Shown here in pieces: positions 17,693 through 26,009 of a stretch of DNA of 64,000 bases; the first letter of the stretch is position 1; every line of letters begins with the position of its first letter. A program made the position numbers and the translations under genes. This DNA is from Acidimicrobiia bacterium (GTDB lineage Bacteria > Actinomycetota > Acidimicrobiia > IMCC26256 > PALSA-610), in NCBI GenBank assembly GCA_038240075.1, contig JBBSEC010000005.1, forward strand, positions 4,111-68,110, given 5' to 3'. Under the pieces are notes generated by a model that was given only the letters and a program-made list of their open reading frames with translations, was not told the origin of the DNA and searched no databases.

Positions 17693-18663
17693 CGACGGAC
17701 GAACGGCATCCCGAAGAACGGCGGGCCGAAGCCGAGATCGGTGCGCTGCACGACGAGATCGTCGAAACCGAGGAGGCCGTCGAGGGCCGCACGTCGGAGC
17801 TGCTCGACCGCCATCGCCGGACGGGTGTCGCCGTCCGCCTCCTCCAGGCCGTCATGCGCGAGCAGGGCGAAGAACAGGTTGGGCTGGCCGCATCGGGCGC
17901 GGCGTTCTGGCTCATCATCTCGTCGTTCCCCACCGCGATCGCGGCGGTCAGCATCTTCGGCCTCGTTGTGAGCCCCCACGATGTCGCCAAGGATCTCGCC
18001 GGCCTCGCGAACGCCGGGCCGTCGTCGCTCGGATCGATCGTGACCGACCAGTTGACGCGGGTCGCGGCGGGCGACCACGTCGGCCTCTCGACCGGTCTCG
18101 TCGTCTCGCTCGTGTTGGCCCTCTGGAGCGCGTCGGCCGGCATCTACAACCTCGAGCGCGCGATCCGCACCGCCTACGGGCTCCGTCCCGAGCGGTACGT
18201 CGACGCGCGCGGGCGCGCCTTCATCGGCGCGTTCGCAACGGTCGTCGCGCTCGGGCTCCTTGCGTTGATCTCCGCCACCCTGTCGGGCGTCCTCGCGCAC
18301 GTGCACCTGCCGGCGCTCGTTGCGACCGCGGTCGGCATCCCGACCCTGTTGGTCTTCGTCACCGCGCTGATCGCAGGTCTGTACCGGTTCTCGATCGCGC
18401 GCCCGGCCGGCTTCCGGGCGATCCTTCCCGGCGCACTCGCGTCGGCGTGCGGCCTCGCGCTCGTGGCCGTCGGGTTCAGCACGTACCTGCACTTCTCTAC
18501 CCGGTTCACGGCTGTGTACGGCGCGCTGGCCGGGGCCGTCATCGCGATGATCGGCACCTACCTCGCGGTCTACGTCGTGCTGCTCGGCGCGGTGCTCAAC
18601 GTGCAGCTCACCGGCCGCGTCGCGCACGAGCTCGACGACGAGGACGACGGCCCGCTTCCGTAG
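17689..18663 (+). CDS. YihY/BrkB-family inner-membrane protein
   Basis: GTG 17689 overlaps the plsY TGA by 4 nt. The sequence upstream in the same ORF is antisense-like junk. About six TM helices; LALWSASAGIYNLERAIRTAYG and YGALAGAVIAMIGTYLAVYVVLLGA match my memory of the family. Confidence 0.75.
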   Translation: MTTDERHPEERRAEAEIGALHDEIVETEEAVEGRTSELLDRHRRTGVAVRLLQAVMREQGEEQVGLAASGAAFWLIISSFPTAIAAVSIFGLVVSPHDVAKDLAGLANAGPSSLGSIVTDQLTRVAAGDHVGLSTGLVVSLVLALWSASAGIYNLERAIRTAYGLRPERYVDARGRAFIGAFATVVALGLLALISATLSGVLAHVHLPALVATAVGIPTLLVFVTALIAGLYRFSIARPAGFRAILPGALASACGLALVAVGFSTYLHFSTRFTAVYGALAGAVIAMIGTYLAVYVVLLGAVLNVQLTGRVAHELDDEDDGPLP

Positions 18664-18672
18664 CTCGCCCGC

Positions 18673-19183
18673 CTACCGGACCCGGCGCGCGACCGCGAGG
18701 TAGCGACCCTCGCCGTCGTCGATCTCGATCGGTTCCCATCCCGTGGACGAGAACGCCGCGGCGACGTTGTCGGGAGCGCGAATGTCGTCGACACGCAGCT
18801 CGTGGCCGTGGCGTTCGGCCAATACCGCGCGCCCGACGGGATGGAACAACGCGAGGTGTCCGCCGGCACGGGTGACGGCCGCGAAGCGTCGCAGACCGTC
18901 GAGCGGATCGTCGAGATGGGTGACGAGACCGGCCGCGAGCACACCGTCGAACGCGTCGGGGCGAAACGGCGACCGGTTCGCGTCGCCCAGCACGAACGCG
19001 GCGACGGCGCCGTGCCCGGCACCGTCGGCCGCGTGCAACATCTCCGGCGTCGCATCGAGAGAACCGTGCCCCGATCGGCAGGTGCAGCGCGCGCACCGCG
19101 AGCGCGAACGCGGGACCGTCGTCGGGGAAGCGCGCGTCCCACGTTGCCGCACGCGGTCCGAAGACCTCGCGCCGACTCGTCAC
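18673..19183 (-). pseudogene. Class I SAM-dependent methyltransferase remnant (motif I deleted, frame broken)
   Basis: The N-terminal frame from GTG 19183 reads VTSRREVFGPRAATWDARFPDDGPAFALAVRALHLPIGARF. After one extra nt near 19060 it continues LDATPEMLHAADG...FVLGDANRSPFRPDAFDGVL...RAGGHLALFHP. No GxGxG segment is present, and the locus length of 511 nt is not divisible by 3. Confidence 0.6.
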
Positions 19184-19237
19184 CGAACCAGAGCCTACGA
19201 CCGCGCGCGACGGTACGGCCGCTCCTACGATGACACC

Positions 19238-19597
19238 GTGAGCATCCCGGTCGATCTCGCAGCGCTCCGCGCGCAGATCCAGAGGTTCGGCTCGAACGCG
19301 ATCCTCGTGACGACCTCGGACGACGGTCCGCCGCACGTCTCGTCGGTCGTCGTGACGTTCGCCGGAGACGACCTCGCGATGGGTGCTGGTCGGCGGACGC
19401 GCGCGAACGTCGCGCAGCATCCCGATGTCGCGCTCGTCTGGACGGCCGAGATCGATCCCGACTACTGCCTCATCGTCGACGCGGTCGTCGACGAACCACC
19501 GGGCGAGAGCCTGATCGTGCGCCCCACCGCCGCGGTGCTGCATCGCCTCGCGAGCGCGCCGGGCGAGATCCCGCAGTGCCGGCCGCTCGAACCCTGA
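19238..19597 (+). CDS. Pyridoxamine 5'-phosphate oxidase (PPOX)-family / F420-FMN-binding split-barrel protein
   Basis: 119 aa from GTG 19238: VSIPVDLAALRAQIQRFGSNAILVTTSDDGPPHVSSVVVTF...VALVWTAE. This is the sensible 3' part of the 18743-19597 ORF. Confidence 0.65.
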   Translation: MSIPVDLAALRAQIQRFGSNAILVTTSDDGPPHVSSVVVTFAGDDLAMGAGRRTRANVAQHPDVALVWTAEIDPDYCLIVDAVVDEPPGESLIVRPTAAVLHRLASAPGEIPQCRPLEP

Positions 19598-19600
19598 GCT

Positions 19601-20692
19601 TCACACCTGGGCGACCGCACACGCGAGCTCGACGAGCCGCTCGGGCGGCACCTCCTGCACGTTGGCGTGCAGCGCGACCGTGGTTCCCCACCCTGGGAAC
19701 GCGGCGATGAACGCGCTCGATCCGGGGATGTTGCCGGCGTGCCCGTAGGCCGACCAGGAGCCGTCCGCCGACTGTTCGCCGTAACCGACGACACCGAGGC
19801 CGTGGCCGACGCCCTCGGCATCGGCCACGGCCGTGCTCCCGAGGAATCGCGCCCGCATCCGAGGCGACAACCAGTCGCCGAGATAGAGCGCCTCGGCCCA
19901 CGAGAGCAGGTCGGTGAGCGTTGAGGTCATGCCGCCCGCGGCATACGCCGAAGAGATCAACGCGGCGTTGGGGAAGTCGCGCACGTCGAGCGTGCGCGGC
20001 GACGACGGTCCCGCGTTCCCGATGGACTCGAGGTCGAACCAGCCGTTCATCAGGTCGTCGGTGACGCGGTCGTCGTACGTCGTGTCGGCGAGCGCAAGCG
20101 GCGTCGTGATCCGATTCGCGAGCACCGTCGCGAAGTCGGCACCGGAGATGCATTCCGTGATGAGTCCGAGCAGGTTGTAATCGGTGTTCGAATAGCGGTA
20201 GCTCTCACCGGGTCGTGCGTACGGCGGAATCGACGCCATGAGATCGACGAGCTCCACGGGCGTGAACCGGCGGTCGAGATCGGCGAGCAGCAACGCGAAG
20301 AACTCGGACTGCGCGTCGAAGATCATGTCGGCAGTGCCGGCGGTGTGGTCGAGCAGTGCGCGGATCGTGATCGCCGACGCGTACGGGTAGCTCGGCACCC
20401 ATGGTTCGATGGTCGCCTCGAGCGTCAGCTCACCCCGGTCGACGAGATCGAGCACGAGCGCACTCGTGAACGTCTTCGTGACGCTGGCAATCCGAAACCT
20501 GCGCGACACCGACATGGGCGTGCTCGGGTCGCGGCCGTCGATCCCCCACGCCGCCAGCACCGGCGGCCGACCGGCACTCCGCACGCCGGCGCTCGCCCCC
20601 GGCACACCGAGCTCGGCGCAGAACGGCTCGAGCAGGTCGACGATCTGGTCGGTGAGCATGGCGGCACCGTAAATGATCAGGGAACCTTGCAC
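19601..20692 (-). CDS. Serine hydrolase, beta-lactamase/DD-peptidase (class C-related) family
   Basis: SxxK motif FRIASVTKTFTS and LLDHTAGT. No signal peptide. ATG 20659 (MLTDQIV...) is an alternative start. Confidence 0.85.
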   Translation of the reverse strand: MQGSLIIYGAAMLTDQIVDLLEPFCAELGVPGASAGVRSAGRPPVLAAWGIDGRDPSTPMSVSRRFRIASVTKTFTSALVLDLVDRGELTLEATIEPWVPSYPYASAITIRALLDHTAGTADMIFDAQSEFFALLLADLDRRFTPVELVDLMASIPPYARPGESYRYSNTDYNLLGLITECISGADFATVLANRITTPLALADTTYDDRVTDDLMNGWFDLESIGNAGPSSPRTLDVRDFPNAALISSAYAAGGMTSTLTDLLSWAEALYLGDWLSPRMRARFLGSTAVADAEGVGHGLGVVGYGEQSADGSWSAYGHAGNIPGSSAFIAAFPGWGTTVALHANVQEVPPERLVELACAVAQV

Positions 20693-20710
20693 GAGGGTTC
20701 TTGATGATCG

Positions 20711-21554
20711 CTAGAGCGGAGGCAGGCCGATCGGGTTGGGGTACCGGATCAGGCCGGACCGCGAGACCGCCTCGGCCGCGGGACTCAGGATCGCGACGAT
20801 GCGATCGACCTCGGCGGCGCTCGTGTCGTTCCACAGGTCGGCGGCCAACCGGTCGGTGGTGGCTTCGACCTCGAGGCGCAGTGCCCGCCCGTCGGCGGTC
20901 AGGTCGCCGGTGCCGTCGACCAGACCGCGCGCGACAACGCCCGACCGCGTCGGCCCAGTCGTCGCCGTTCCAGCCGCGCGTCACCTGCAGATCGTTCGGG
21001 TCGTGGCCGCGCTCGAGCGCGATCAACACGTGGGCCTCGATGCCGTCGAGCCCCGCCGCGGTGAGCGCGGCGACATGCCCGTCGCCACGGTGCTCCCGCA
21101 GCGTCGTGCACAACTGCCAGAGCGCGAGAACCGGATCGCCGGGCAAGGGCAACGCGCGGTTCGCGGCGAACAACGGTCGTCCCGCGCCGGCAACCCGCTC
21201 GGTCGCGCGCGCCAGCCCGTCGTTCACAGCGGCCGCAACCGCGGCGATCGAAGGGAGCAACCGCACGAGCGTCGCCGCCGCCGCTTCGGCCCGGGCATCG
21301 ACGAGCGTTTCGGGAGTCTCGTGCGACCAGACGTCGGGCACCCAACGCGCGACGAACGCCGGCGCGAAGTTGAAGAACGTCGCTTCCACCACGGGAGCAC
21401 TGACCGCGCCCATCGGTGCGCCACGGAAACCGAAGTAGCTCATCCAGAAGCCCGACATGCCCGCGGCGCGGCCGGCGGCGTCGGTCTCCTCGCCGAAGTA
21501 GCTGACCGCGTGCAGCGTCTCGAATCGAGACCAGAGCGTGCGCGCGACGTGCAT
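20711..21554 (-). pseudogene. Conserved actinobacterial protein (SCO6745-like, name from memory) with a 1-nt frameshift
   Basis: From ATG 21554: MHVARTLWSRFETLHAVSYFGEE...GWNGDDWADAVG. The frame then breaks near 20935-20942 and continues VVARGLVDGTGDLTADGRALRLEVEATTDRLAADLWND...IRYPNPIGLPPL* (stop 20711-20713). Length 844 nt = 3n+1. Confidence 0.6.
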
Positions 21555-21565
21555 GTGGACCTCTC

Positions 21566-21943
21566 TCAGAGCGCGGCCGCGATGGCCATACCCAGCGCGG
21601 CCGCGGCCGCGCCCGCGAGCAGACTTCCGGCGGCATAACGGATCGCGTCGGCGCCTTCGCCCTCTTCGAGGAGCCGGATGGTCTCGAAGGTGAAGGTGGA
21701 GAAGGTCGTGTACGCACCGCAGAAACCGGTGCCGAGCCAGACCTTCGGGGTGTTCGGGAACGCGTGATAGAGCGCCGCGCCCGTGATGATGCCCAGCAGC
21801 AGCGAGCCGGTCACGTTGATGATGAAGGTGCCCCACGGAACGTCGCCTGCGGTTCGGTCCGAGACGATGCCGTCGAGGAGGTAGCGCGCCGGTGCTCCGA
21901 TCGCTCCCGCGACGGCGAGCCCGATCCCGATCTCGGGAGTCAC
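21566..21943 (-). CDS. crcB: Fluoride channel CrcB/FluC (second subunit)
   Basis: 125 aa with 4 TM helices. GTFIINVTGSLLLG and GFCGAYTTFSTF motifs. Its start overlaps the upstream crcB stop by 4 nt. Confidence 0.92.
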   Translation of the reverse strand: MTPEIGIGLAVAGAIGAPARYLLDGIVSDRTAGDVPWGTFIINVTGSLLLGIITGAALYHAFPNTPKVWLGTGFCGAYTTFSTFTFETIRLLEEGEGADAIRYAAGSLLAGAAAAALGMAIAAAL

Positions 21944-22419
21944 GAAGCAACGACCGTGTCGTTACGACCGAGCCGTGCGAGCACGATCCCGGCCCACACC
22001 GCCGCGAGCCCCACGACCAGGCTCGCCAGCGCGTAGACGATGCCGATGGCGGCGTGCCCGTCCTTGATCAGCAGTTCGGTCTCGACGGCGAAGGTCGAGA
22101 ACGTGGTGAACGCGCCGAGAAACCCGGTCGCGAAGAACGGCTGCACGTACCGCGTCGGCGGGAAGCGGTCGATCACGAGCACCAGCAGGAATCCGAGCGC
22201 GAAGCTGCCCGAGACGTTGGTGGCGAAGGTCGCCCACGGGAACGTGTCCTTCGCCACATGGATGATCTGCGCGACTTCGTAACGCGCCGGCGCACCGAGG
22301 GCGCCACCCGCGGCAATGGCGAGCAGCACGCCGGGCCGCGCGCGCGTGCGATCGCGCCGCGCGAGATCGGGGTCGATGGGAACGTCCCGTTCGTCTCCAG
22401 TGTCTGCAACTTCGCTCAC
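21940..22419 (-). CDS. crcB: Fluoride channel CrcB/FluC (first subunit, N-terminally extended)
   Basis: 159 aa with GTG start. ATFATNVSGSFALG and GFLGAFTTFSTF motifs. A fluoride riboswitch lies immediately upstream. Confidence 0.92.
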   Translation of the reverse strand: MSEVADTGDERDVPIDPDLARRDRTRARPGVLLAIAAGGALGAPARYEVAQIIHVAKDTFPWATFATNVSGSFALGFLLVLVIDRFPPTRYVQPFFATGFLGAFTTFSTFAVETELLIKDGHAAIGIVYALASLVVGLAAVWAGIVLARLGRNDTVVAS

Positions 22420-22452
22420 GCACGCTCCTACCGACGAGCACCGACAACATCA

Positions 22453-22506
22453 GGTAGGAGCCATCAGCCTTGCGGCGATCAATGGCGAGCTCCATCGCCG
22501 CCGCCG
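22453..22506 (-). promoter_or_regulatory. Fluoride riboswitch (crcB motif) aptamer
   Basis: The minus-strand RNA is GGCGGCGAUGGAGCUCGCCAUUGAUCGCCGCAAGGCUGAUGGCUCCUACC. P1 is GGCG/CGCC with loop AUGGAGCU, followed by a GCC-GCAA-GGC hairpin. The 3' CUGAUGGCUCCUAC tail is complementary to the loop GGAGC (pseudoknot). This closely parallels the Thermotoga fluoride riboswitch sequence as I recall it. Confidence 0.88.
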
Positions 22507-22574
22507 ACCGTAGCAACCGCGCCTGGTCACTTCAACGAATGGCAGCGGCCCGCCCCCGCGGGCAACCTGGGGCC

Positions 22575-23423
22575 ATGGCGACGAAGGCAGACGAGCCGGC
22601 CGGCGGCGTCGGTGCCACCGCACTCGGTGCCGCGGAGATGCGCGCCGAAGAGCAGATGCGCGCCGATCGTCTCTTCGACGACCCGTACGCCGCCGCGTTC
22701 GTCGCCGCCGCCCCACCGCTGTTCCCCGAGATGGAGTCGATTGCCGACGACCCTGCGATCGCCGCGCTCAGGGCCGCGTTCAGCACCGACATCGTCGTCC
22801 GCACCCGCATCTACGACGAGTTCCTGCTCGACGCCGTCACCGCGGGTTGTCGACAGATCGTCCTCGTCGCGGCCGGTCTCGACGCGCGGGCGTTCCGGCT
22901 GGACTGGCCCGCGGGCGTTCGCGTCTTCGAGCTCGATCTCGCCGCAGTGCTCGCGTTCAAAGATGCGGTGCTGCGCGATCTGCAGGCCCGACCGCGTTGT
23001 GACCGCGTCGGCGTCGGTGTCGATCTGCGCGAGGATTGGCCCACGGATCTGCTCGCCGCGGCATTCGAATCCGGGGCACGCACCGCGTGGACCGCTGAAG
23101 GCCTGTTGCCGTACCTGTCGAACGACGACGCTGTCCGGCTGCTGACATCGATCGGCGAGCTGTCGGCGCCCGGCAGTCAGTTGGCGTTCGAGCACGACGA
23201 GTTCGCTGCTCGCTCCACGCTCACGCAGGCGCGCGCCGCGGAGGCGCTGCACGAGGTCACGTCGATGTGGAAGGGCGGCCTGAGTGACGACGCACCGACA
23301 TGGCTCCGTCATCACCATTGGCAGGTGCAGACCCATGACCGCGCGACGCTCGCGCGCGCTTACGGGCGGCCGACGTCGGATGACTCGACGGTCGGGTTCT
23401 TGACCGCGACCCGCCTCGCCTGA
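22575..23423 (+). CDS. Class I SAM-dependent methyltransferase (TIGR00027 / leucine-carboxyl-MTase-like actinobacterial family)
   Basis: From ATG 22575: MATKADEP...RADRLFDDPYAAAFV...RTRIYDEFLLDAVTAGCRQIVLVAAGLDARAFRL...VFELDL...WTAEGLLPYL. This matches the family signature as I remember it. Confidence 0.8.
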   Translation: MATKADEPAGGVGATALGAAEMRAEEQMRADRLFDDPYAAAFVAAAPPLFPEMESIADDPAIAALRAAFSTDIVVRTRIYDEFLLDAVTAGCRQIVLVAAGLDARAFRLDWPAGVRVFELDLAAVLAFKDAVLRDLQARPRCDRVGVGVDLREDWPTDLLAAAFESGARTAWTAEGLLPYLSNDDAVRLLTSIGELSAPGSQLAFEHDEFAARSTLTQARAAEALHEVTSMWKGGLSDDAPTWLRHHHWQVQTHDRATLARAYGRPTSDDSTVGFLTATRLA

Positions 23424-23457
23424 GCGGCAACAACCGCCGCCCCACTGATCGACCGAG

Positions 23458-23964
23458 TCATCGGGGCTGCTCGAACCGCGCCGCGTCGGCGCCGGCATGG
23501 CGGGCGACGTGCGGCAACGCGAGGATGAGCTCCAGCGGCTCGCCCGCTTCTTCACCGAGCGAGCGACGGGCCCAGGTCGCGAGCGCGACCTCGTGCGCGA
23601 CGTACGCCTCCGCGATCGCGCGCTCGTCGTCGTCGGATGCGAGGTCGACGAGCTCGTGGTACTTGGCCAGGAATTCGGTCGTCACGGGCAGGAGCGCGCG
23701 AAGAAACTCGTCCCAGACGAACGCGGTGGTCCCGTCGACCATCGCCGCGGCCAAGGAGACCGAGGCCGCGGAGTCACCGCGATCGAGGGCCCGGCGCTCG
23801 AAGAGCGGCTCGGCCAACTGCTTGGTCGCCCGCTCGAGCAGCGTCAGCTCTTCGAGATGACGGCGGTGCTCCGGGTCGCTCTCGCGCTGCGCGAGCAGCC
23901 CGAAGAGCGCCTCCCCCAGCACCTCGCCCTGATACGACTCGACCCACAGCTCGTCAGCGCGCAT
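23458..23964 (-). CDS. Hypothetical all-helical protein (169 aa)
   Basis: ATG 23964: MRADELWVESYQGEVLGEALFGLLAQRESDPEHRRHLEELTLLERAT... GC3 is high and typical. The rest of the 551-aa track ORF runs through the tRNA and antisense to the ABC gene, so it is discarded. Confidence 0.6.
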   Translation of the reverse strand: MRADELWVESYQGEVLGEALFGLLAQRESDPEHRRHLEELTLLERATKQLAEPLFERRALDRGDSAASVSLAAAMVDGTTAFVWDEFLRALLPVTTEFLAKYHELVDLASDDDERAIAEAYVAHEVALATWARRSLGEEAGEPLELILALPHVARHAGADAARFEQPR

Positions 23965-24018
23965 CCGACGATGGTAACGGCCGCGCCGAATGTGTCCGCT
24001 GTCTGATGAGGTGTCTGA

Positions 24019-24093
24019 TGGAGGCGGCGGCGGGATTCGAACCCGCGTACAGCGCTTTGCAGGCGCCTGCCTGAGCCACTCGGCTACGCCGCC
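24019..24093 (-). tRNA. tRNA-Cys: tRNA-Cys (anticodon GCA), CCA encoded
   Basis: GGCGGCGTAGCCGAGTGGCTCAGGCAGGCGCCTGCAAAGCGCTGTACGCGGGTTCGAATCCCGCCGCCGCCTCCA. Acceptor stem GGCGGCG/CGCCGCC, anticodon loop CTGCAAA, T-arm GCGGG-TTCGAAT-CCCGC. Confidence 0.95.
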
Positions 24094-24198
24094 TGGAAAC
24101 CCAAGAGCGTAGAGCATGGGCGACGGCGGCCCGGCCGTCGGAGCCGGCCAGAAGTGCTTCGGTCCGGTGCCCGGATTGCCGATGAGACCGGGATCGCC

Positions 24199-25185
24199 AT
24201 GGCTGACTCCGTCGTTTCGCTCCGCAGTGTGTCGCGCTCGTTCGGCGATGTCGTCGCGCTCGATCAGTTCAATCTCGAAGTCCCGCAGGGCACGATCGCG
24301 ATGCTGCTCGGCCCGAACGGAGCCGGGAAGACGACCGCGGTCCGTCTCGTCACCGGCGCCATGCCGGCGGACGGCGGCGAACTGCGCATCTTCGGTGTCG
24401 ACCCCGTGACCGACGGCCAATCGGTGCGGCGCCGCTGCGGCGTCGTGCCCGCGCGCCCCGCGCTCTACGACCGGCTCTCCGGCTACGAGAACCTGCGCTA
24501 TGCCGCGCTCCTGTGGGACGTCGACGATGTCGAAGGCGCGATCCACACCGCGGCCACCCGCTTTGCGATCGTCGACGCGCTGAAGCAGCGCGTCGGCGGG
24601 TACTCGACCGGGATGAAGGCGCGCCTCGCGCTCGCCCGGGCGACGCTGCACGAGCCCGATCTGCTGCTCCTCGACGAGCCGACCGCGGGCCTCGACCCCG
24701 AATCGGCACGCGCGGTGCTCGCGCTCATCGGTGAGATGGCACACGACGGCCGCACCGTGCTCATGTGCACACACCTGCTGCTCGAGGCCGAAGGCCTGGC
24801 CGACCACGTCGTGGTCATGGACCACGGTCACACCCTCGCGTCGGGCTCGCCCCACGATCTCGTGCGCAGCCTCTGGAACTCCGTCACCGTCGCGCTCGAC
24901 GCCGAAGATCCCACCCAGCTCGATCGCGTGAGCACCATGCCCGGTGTCGTCTCCTACGAGCGCGTCAACAGCGCGGTCGTCGGCCTCGACGACGCGGACC
25001 GGATTCCCGACATCGTGGCCGCACTCGTCGACATCGGGGTGAGGCTGACGAAGGTCGAGCCGCGCACCCCCACCCTCGAGGAGCTGTACTTCGCGGTCCG
25101 CCGCGGCACGCACGAGGTTCCGCCCATGCCGGCTGCTCCCCCGGCACCCGGCACACCACCCAGTCGGGAGCCGGTGCCGTCGTGA
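24199..25185 (+). CDS. ABC transporter ATP-binding protein (ABC-2/DrrA-like)
   Basis: From ATG 24199. Walker A GPNGAGKTT, signature YSTGMKARL and Walker B LLLLDEPTAGLD. Confidence 0.9.
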   Translation: MADSVVSLRSVSRSFGDVVALDQFNLEVPQGTIAMLLGPNGAGKTTAVRLVTGAMPADGGELRIFGVDPVTDGQSVRRRCGVVPARPALYDRLSGYENLRYAALLWDVDDVEGAIHTAATRFAIVDALKQRVGGYSTGMKARLALARATLHEPDLLLLDEPTAGLDPESARAVLALIGEMAHDGRTVLMCTHLLLEAEGLADHVVVMDHGHTLASGSPHDLVRSLWNSVTVALDAEDPTQLDRVSTMPGVVSYERVNSAVVGLDDADRIPDIVAALVDIGVRLTKVEPRTPTLEELYFAVRRGTHEVPPMPAAPPAPGTPPSREPVPS

Positions 25186-26009
25186 CGAGCTTCTCCATCC
25201 GCCGCGCGTGGATCATCGCCCGCACCGACCTCCAGCAGCTCAAGAGCAGCCGCGACTTCTGGCTGCCCCTCGGCATCATCGCGACGCTGTTCTTCGTCAT
25301 CCTGCCCGCGGGGCTGTTCCTCAGCCTCACCCACATCAAGGATGTCGGGGTCGTGACCCAGATCGGCAACCTGATGGGCTCACTTCCCAAGTCGATCCAG
25401 CACAAGACCGCGAACCGCGCACCGAACGTGCAGGCCGCGTACGCGATGGCCGTCTACCTGTTCGCGCCGCTCGCGATCATCGTGCCGCTCACCGTCTCGT
25501 CGGCCGTCGGATCGCAGACGATCATCGGCGAACGCGAACGCGGCAGCGGCGAGTTCCTCGCGCACTCGCCTGCCTCGGAGCGCGAGATCTTCGTCGGTAA
25601 GCTCCTCGCCAGTCTGCTGCCCGGATACCTGACAGCCGGCGTCGGGTTCCTGCTGTACTCGCTGCTCGTCAACCTAATCGTCGGACCCCAAGTCGGCGGC
25701 TGGTTCTTTCCAACGGCCAACTGGTGGATCCTCGTCCTTTGGGTGGTACCCCCCTTCCTCGCCCTCGTCGTCGGTGTGATCCTGCGCATCTCTTCGCGCG
25801 TCACGAGCGCGGCAGCCGCGCAGCAGGCGTCGGCACTCGTCACCCTGCCGTTGGTGATCCTGGCGTACGGCCTGTCGACGGGCTCGCTCTCGCGGGCGCG
25901 GATGTTCGGCGGACTGGTCGGCCTGGGCGCGTGGGTCTGCGCGGTGATCGTGCTCTACACCGGCGCACGCGCGCTGCGACGCGAACGGCTGCTCGGACTC
26001 GGCACCTAG
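25182..26009 (+). CDS. ABC-2-type transporter permease
   Basis: GTG 25182 overlaps the ATPase TGA by 4 nt. The 275-aa protein has about six TM helices. Confidence 0.8.
   Translation: MTSFSIRRAWIIARTDLQQLKSSRDFWLPLGIIATLFFVILPAGLFLSLTHIKDVGVVTQIGNLMGSLPKSIQHKTANRAPNVQAAYAMAVYLFAPLAIIVPLTVSSAVGSQTIIGERERGSGEFLAHSPASEREIFVGKLLASLLPGYLTAGVGFLLYSLLVNLIVGPQVGGWFFPTANWWILVLWVVPPFLALVVGVILRISSRVTSAAAAQQASALVTLPLVILAYGLSTGSLSRARMFGGLVGLGAWVCAVIVLYTGARALRRERLLGLGT

Noticed and set aside
20930-20945. Programmed ribosomal frameshifting as an explanation for the SCO6745-like frame change.
   Set aside because: No slippery heptamer, homopolymer or obvious downstream stimulatory structure is present at the junction. 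A mutation or sequencing error is more parsimonious.
23965-25113. The upstream part of the 551-aa minus-strand ORF (23458-25113).
   Set aside because: It reads straight through the tRNA-Cys gene and antisense to the ABC ATPase gene. Only the last 169 codons, from ATG 23964, look like protein.
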